From: Azolla caroliniana
Lineage: Eukaryota > Plantae > Polypodiophyta
Assembly: GCA_043228905.1 (NCBI GenBank)
Contig: JBHGNT010001133.1
Location: 1 to 11,712 of the forward strand
DNA length: 11,712 nucleotides
Direction: 5' to 3'
This document shows positions 9,701 to 11,712 of this stretch, one piece after another (positions within the stretch are counted from its first letter, which is position 1; every line of letters begins with the position of its first letter). The notes beneath the pieces are model-generated. The model was not told the DNA's origin and made no database searches. It saw only the letters and a list, made by a program, of their open reading frames with translations. The translations under genes were made by a program, and so were the position numbers.

Positions 9701-11342
9701 CACAAACATTGCTAAGATATCCACGACATTGATTCGCTGCATTACCCTATCAATAATGCATCCAAAGTAACACTTGTTTTCAATTTTTTACACAATTTTA
9801 CATCTTTTGTATTGAATACTTTCATCGAGTATTTACCTTCTCCCTTCTTTTGCTTTTTATCATAAAAATACTCACCTTACACTAGTGAAATTTAGTTTTC
9901 CAGTCTCTTTTTCTCAACTTCTATGCTTGCGCAAATGTGGGTTAAATGAGCATCTACTTCACTTGAATCTCAGCCATATCCTTATTTGAGCAATAAATAG
10001 AGATTAAGAGAATCTTAACCTGAATCAAGCACTAGATAGACTTCATTAGTTAGACTATCAAACCTCAGGACAACTTGCAATAAGTTCATCAGGCAAAACC
10101 TACACTAATTATGACTATCAAATCTCAGGACGAGTATGCTCACTAGGCCCAAACTACACTAGTTATGATTATCAAACCTCAGGATGAGTTCTGATAAGCT
10201 CACTAGGAGCAAAACAGGATGACTTGCAATCCGTTGATCAGGAAAAACCCAGACCATTATGGACATAGCTTTAGGTCCAAATGGGAAGACTAATTTATCA
10301 TAAATAAATAAGGAAGGATAATTATCGTAGGGTTTGAGGCAACCTAGCATGGTCAGCAACATGTAGGCACTACGTGGCGGCCAAGGAGCCTTTGGCTTAA
10401 TATATAAATATGGGACTAACTACCCCATTTTATCATCTCCTGGGTGAGAGACTCGGAGACTTTGGTGGTTTGGCGAAGTTTTTGTGTCAAGGTGCCTATC
10501 ATCTCATCTACGCCATGGTACATCTCTGAACCATGTATGCTGGTTTGGCAAAGTTTAAGGGTCCTCTCAAAGCCTTTGCTTGGGGGTGGTTGGGAGGAAC
10601 AACGTCCTCACTTATTGATTTCTTTATTTTCAATAATATCATTAGTTTGATCTAATATTAACGATTATCAAACCTCGGGACGACTTCCGATGAGTTCATT
10701 AGGCAAAACTGCAGTTTGATTGATATCAAGAGACCCCACCACTACTTGATCCTCAGATGTTCCCATCTCTCCATCTATCTGCCATTCATGGCAAAAAATA
10801 TTTTGAGGCAACTCACATATATGCATTTAATTAAAAACCTCCGTGAATTAAAAGTGAATTGACATTGTTATCTCCAACGAATAGATTGTAAATCATATGT
10901 ATGCCTTTTATACATAAATGCCCACATGCACATATGGCTCAAATATTCTGTATGGTGCATTATGCATATAATCAAAACAGAGAGGAAACTCCTTTTTAGT
11001 GCATACCATGTGTCACTAGTTACTTTGTATCAGCACATGTCCCAGTATAGAGATAGAGGTATCGATATCCTTAAAGGTCAAAAGATTGCATTTTACGTTT
11101 AAGTTTGTGAGTTCAAGTTTCGAGAAAAGATAATCATAAGTTATCACACAATGTACATACAAATAAAAATAAAACTTTAAGATTACCTTGCAGAGTGACA
11201 GTAATTCTTCATGCATACAATCAATACTGGTTGAAGGAAGAGTTGCCAATACGCAATGAACTTTTCCGAATGCCGTCCTTTTACCTTCAACCTTTTCTTT
11301 CAATGCTTCGAATTCAATGGCTGAAAGGTATTGAAGATGATC
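6548..11342 (-). CDS. GNAT-family N-acetyltransferase, plastid type (At4g28030/GNAT7-like); 5'-partial; join(11342..11187,10778..10674,9746..9626,6711..6548)
   Basis: Four GT-AG exons with compatible phases (0,0,1) give DHLQYL..EFEALKEK..VVVGSLDINQ..GYLSNVCVAKELQRKRIGLSLI..GITDLYTHVAIGNESAIKLYDKCGF..PRLLLWLDLRQG*. This includes GNAT motif A (V..QR..IG) and motif B (N..A..LY.K.GF). Orthology is from recall. Confidence 0.92.
7422..7436. repeat. (TG)7 microsatellite
   Basis: Read directly. Confidence 0.9.
7592..9099. repeat. Three degenerate copies of a ~150-bp repeat in the last GNAT intron: two direct (about 7592-7725 and 7754-7903) and one inverted (8950-9099)
   Basis: 7799-7822 matches the reverse complement of 9033-9056 at 23/24 nt. 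TACTTATGG..ACACC..GAGTGAA.AAGGTCAT..AAATAG recurs at 7673 and 7849 (176-bp period). Confidence 0.8.
9511..9525. repeat. (CT)7 microsatellite
   Basis: Read directly. Confidence 0.9.
9626..9746 (-). CDS. GNAT exon with acetyl-CoA-binding motif A (GNAANQCRGYLSNVCVAKELQRKRIGLSLIAYARTVAISL-G)
   Basis: ttattgatag|GGT ... CTA G|gtacgt; 121 nt, ends phase 1. Confidence 0.93.
10053..10248 (-). repeat. Degenerate tandem array (about 3.5 copies, 54-60 bp spacing) of the GNAT exon 3' end plus donor site (source 10663-10709)
   Basis: Copy 10053-10099 matches the source at 40/47 nt. Further copies lie at 10113-10154, 10167-10215 and (partial) 10215-10248, with TACACTA(A/G)TTAT linkers between the first three. 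Confidence 0.9.
10674..10778 (-). CDS. GNAT internal exon (IDGEMGTSEDQVVVGSLDINQTAVLPNELIGSRPE)
   Basis: gaatggcag|ATA ... GAG|gtttga; 105 nt, phase 0/0; VVVGSLD.NQ motif. Confidence 0.9.
11187..11342 (-). CDS. GNAT internal exon (DHLQYLSAIEFEALKEKVEGKRTAFGKVHCVLATLPSTSIDCMHEELLSLCK)
   Basis: ctgatatag|GAT ... AAG|gtaatc; 156 nt, phase 0/0. Confidence 0.9.
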
Positions 11343-11712
11343 CTATATCAGTCAAGACACCACCCCTATGATCAACCAGTTTACATAGAGCAAAGTAAAA
11401 CTAAGAAAAAAACAAAATACCAAATTAAAATCGATATGGTTTATGCGTGCATATAAATTTCACCCTCGCATATAAATTTATCTACATCATAGGTTAAATA
11501 TCTTTGGCATGAGACGTCTTTGAGAGTCTACTGTGACATTTTTTAAAACATCCTTGTATATAAACTTATCCACATTATAGGTCTAATAATTTGGCATGAA
11601 TGTCCTTGACAGTATTGTATCGCATGTTTGACATGTCTTTATTCTACAGCAATTTTTGACATGTCTTTAATGAAAACATTCCCTTGAAGTCCAAAACATG
11701 ATATAACCCCTT

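Overview
AT-rich land-plant nuclear DNA carrying two intron-containing genes in tandem on the minus strand, neither fully shown by the ORF track. (1) A plant mTERF gene resembling the multi-exon Arabidopsis At1g78930 type. Six exons run from 3921 down to 435, its 3' end lies off the left edge, and it has a long repetitive acidic N-terminal extension. (2) The last four coding exons (11342 down to 6548) of a plastid-type GNAT acetyltransferase resembling Arabidopsis At4g28030/GNAT7; its 5' end lies off the right edge. Both orthology calls are from recalled sequence, not a search. Between the genes are a 41-bp minisatellite just upstream of the mTERF start and a decayed LINE zf-RVT fragment bounded by (GA)n tracts. 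The introns hold a MITE-like AACCG/CGGTT element, a degenerate 150-bp inverted repeat, and a tandem array of copies of a GNAT exon 3' end with its donor site; one copy forms an in-frame AG-36nt-GT candidate micro-exon. No prokaryotic system or CRISPR array is present, and I cannot demonstrate a new multi-gene system. The best leads are splicing and regulatory oddities.
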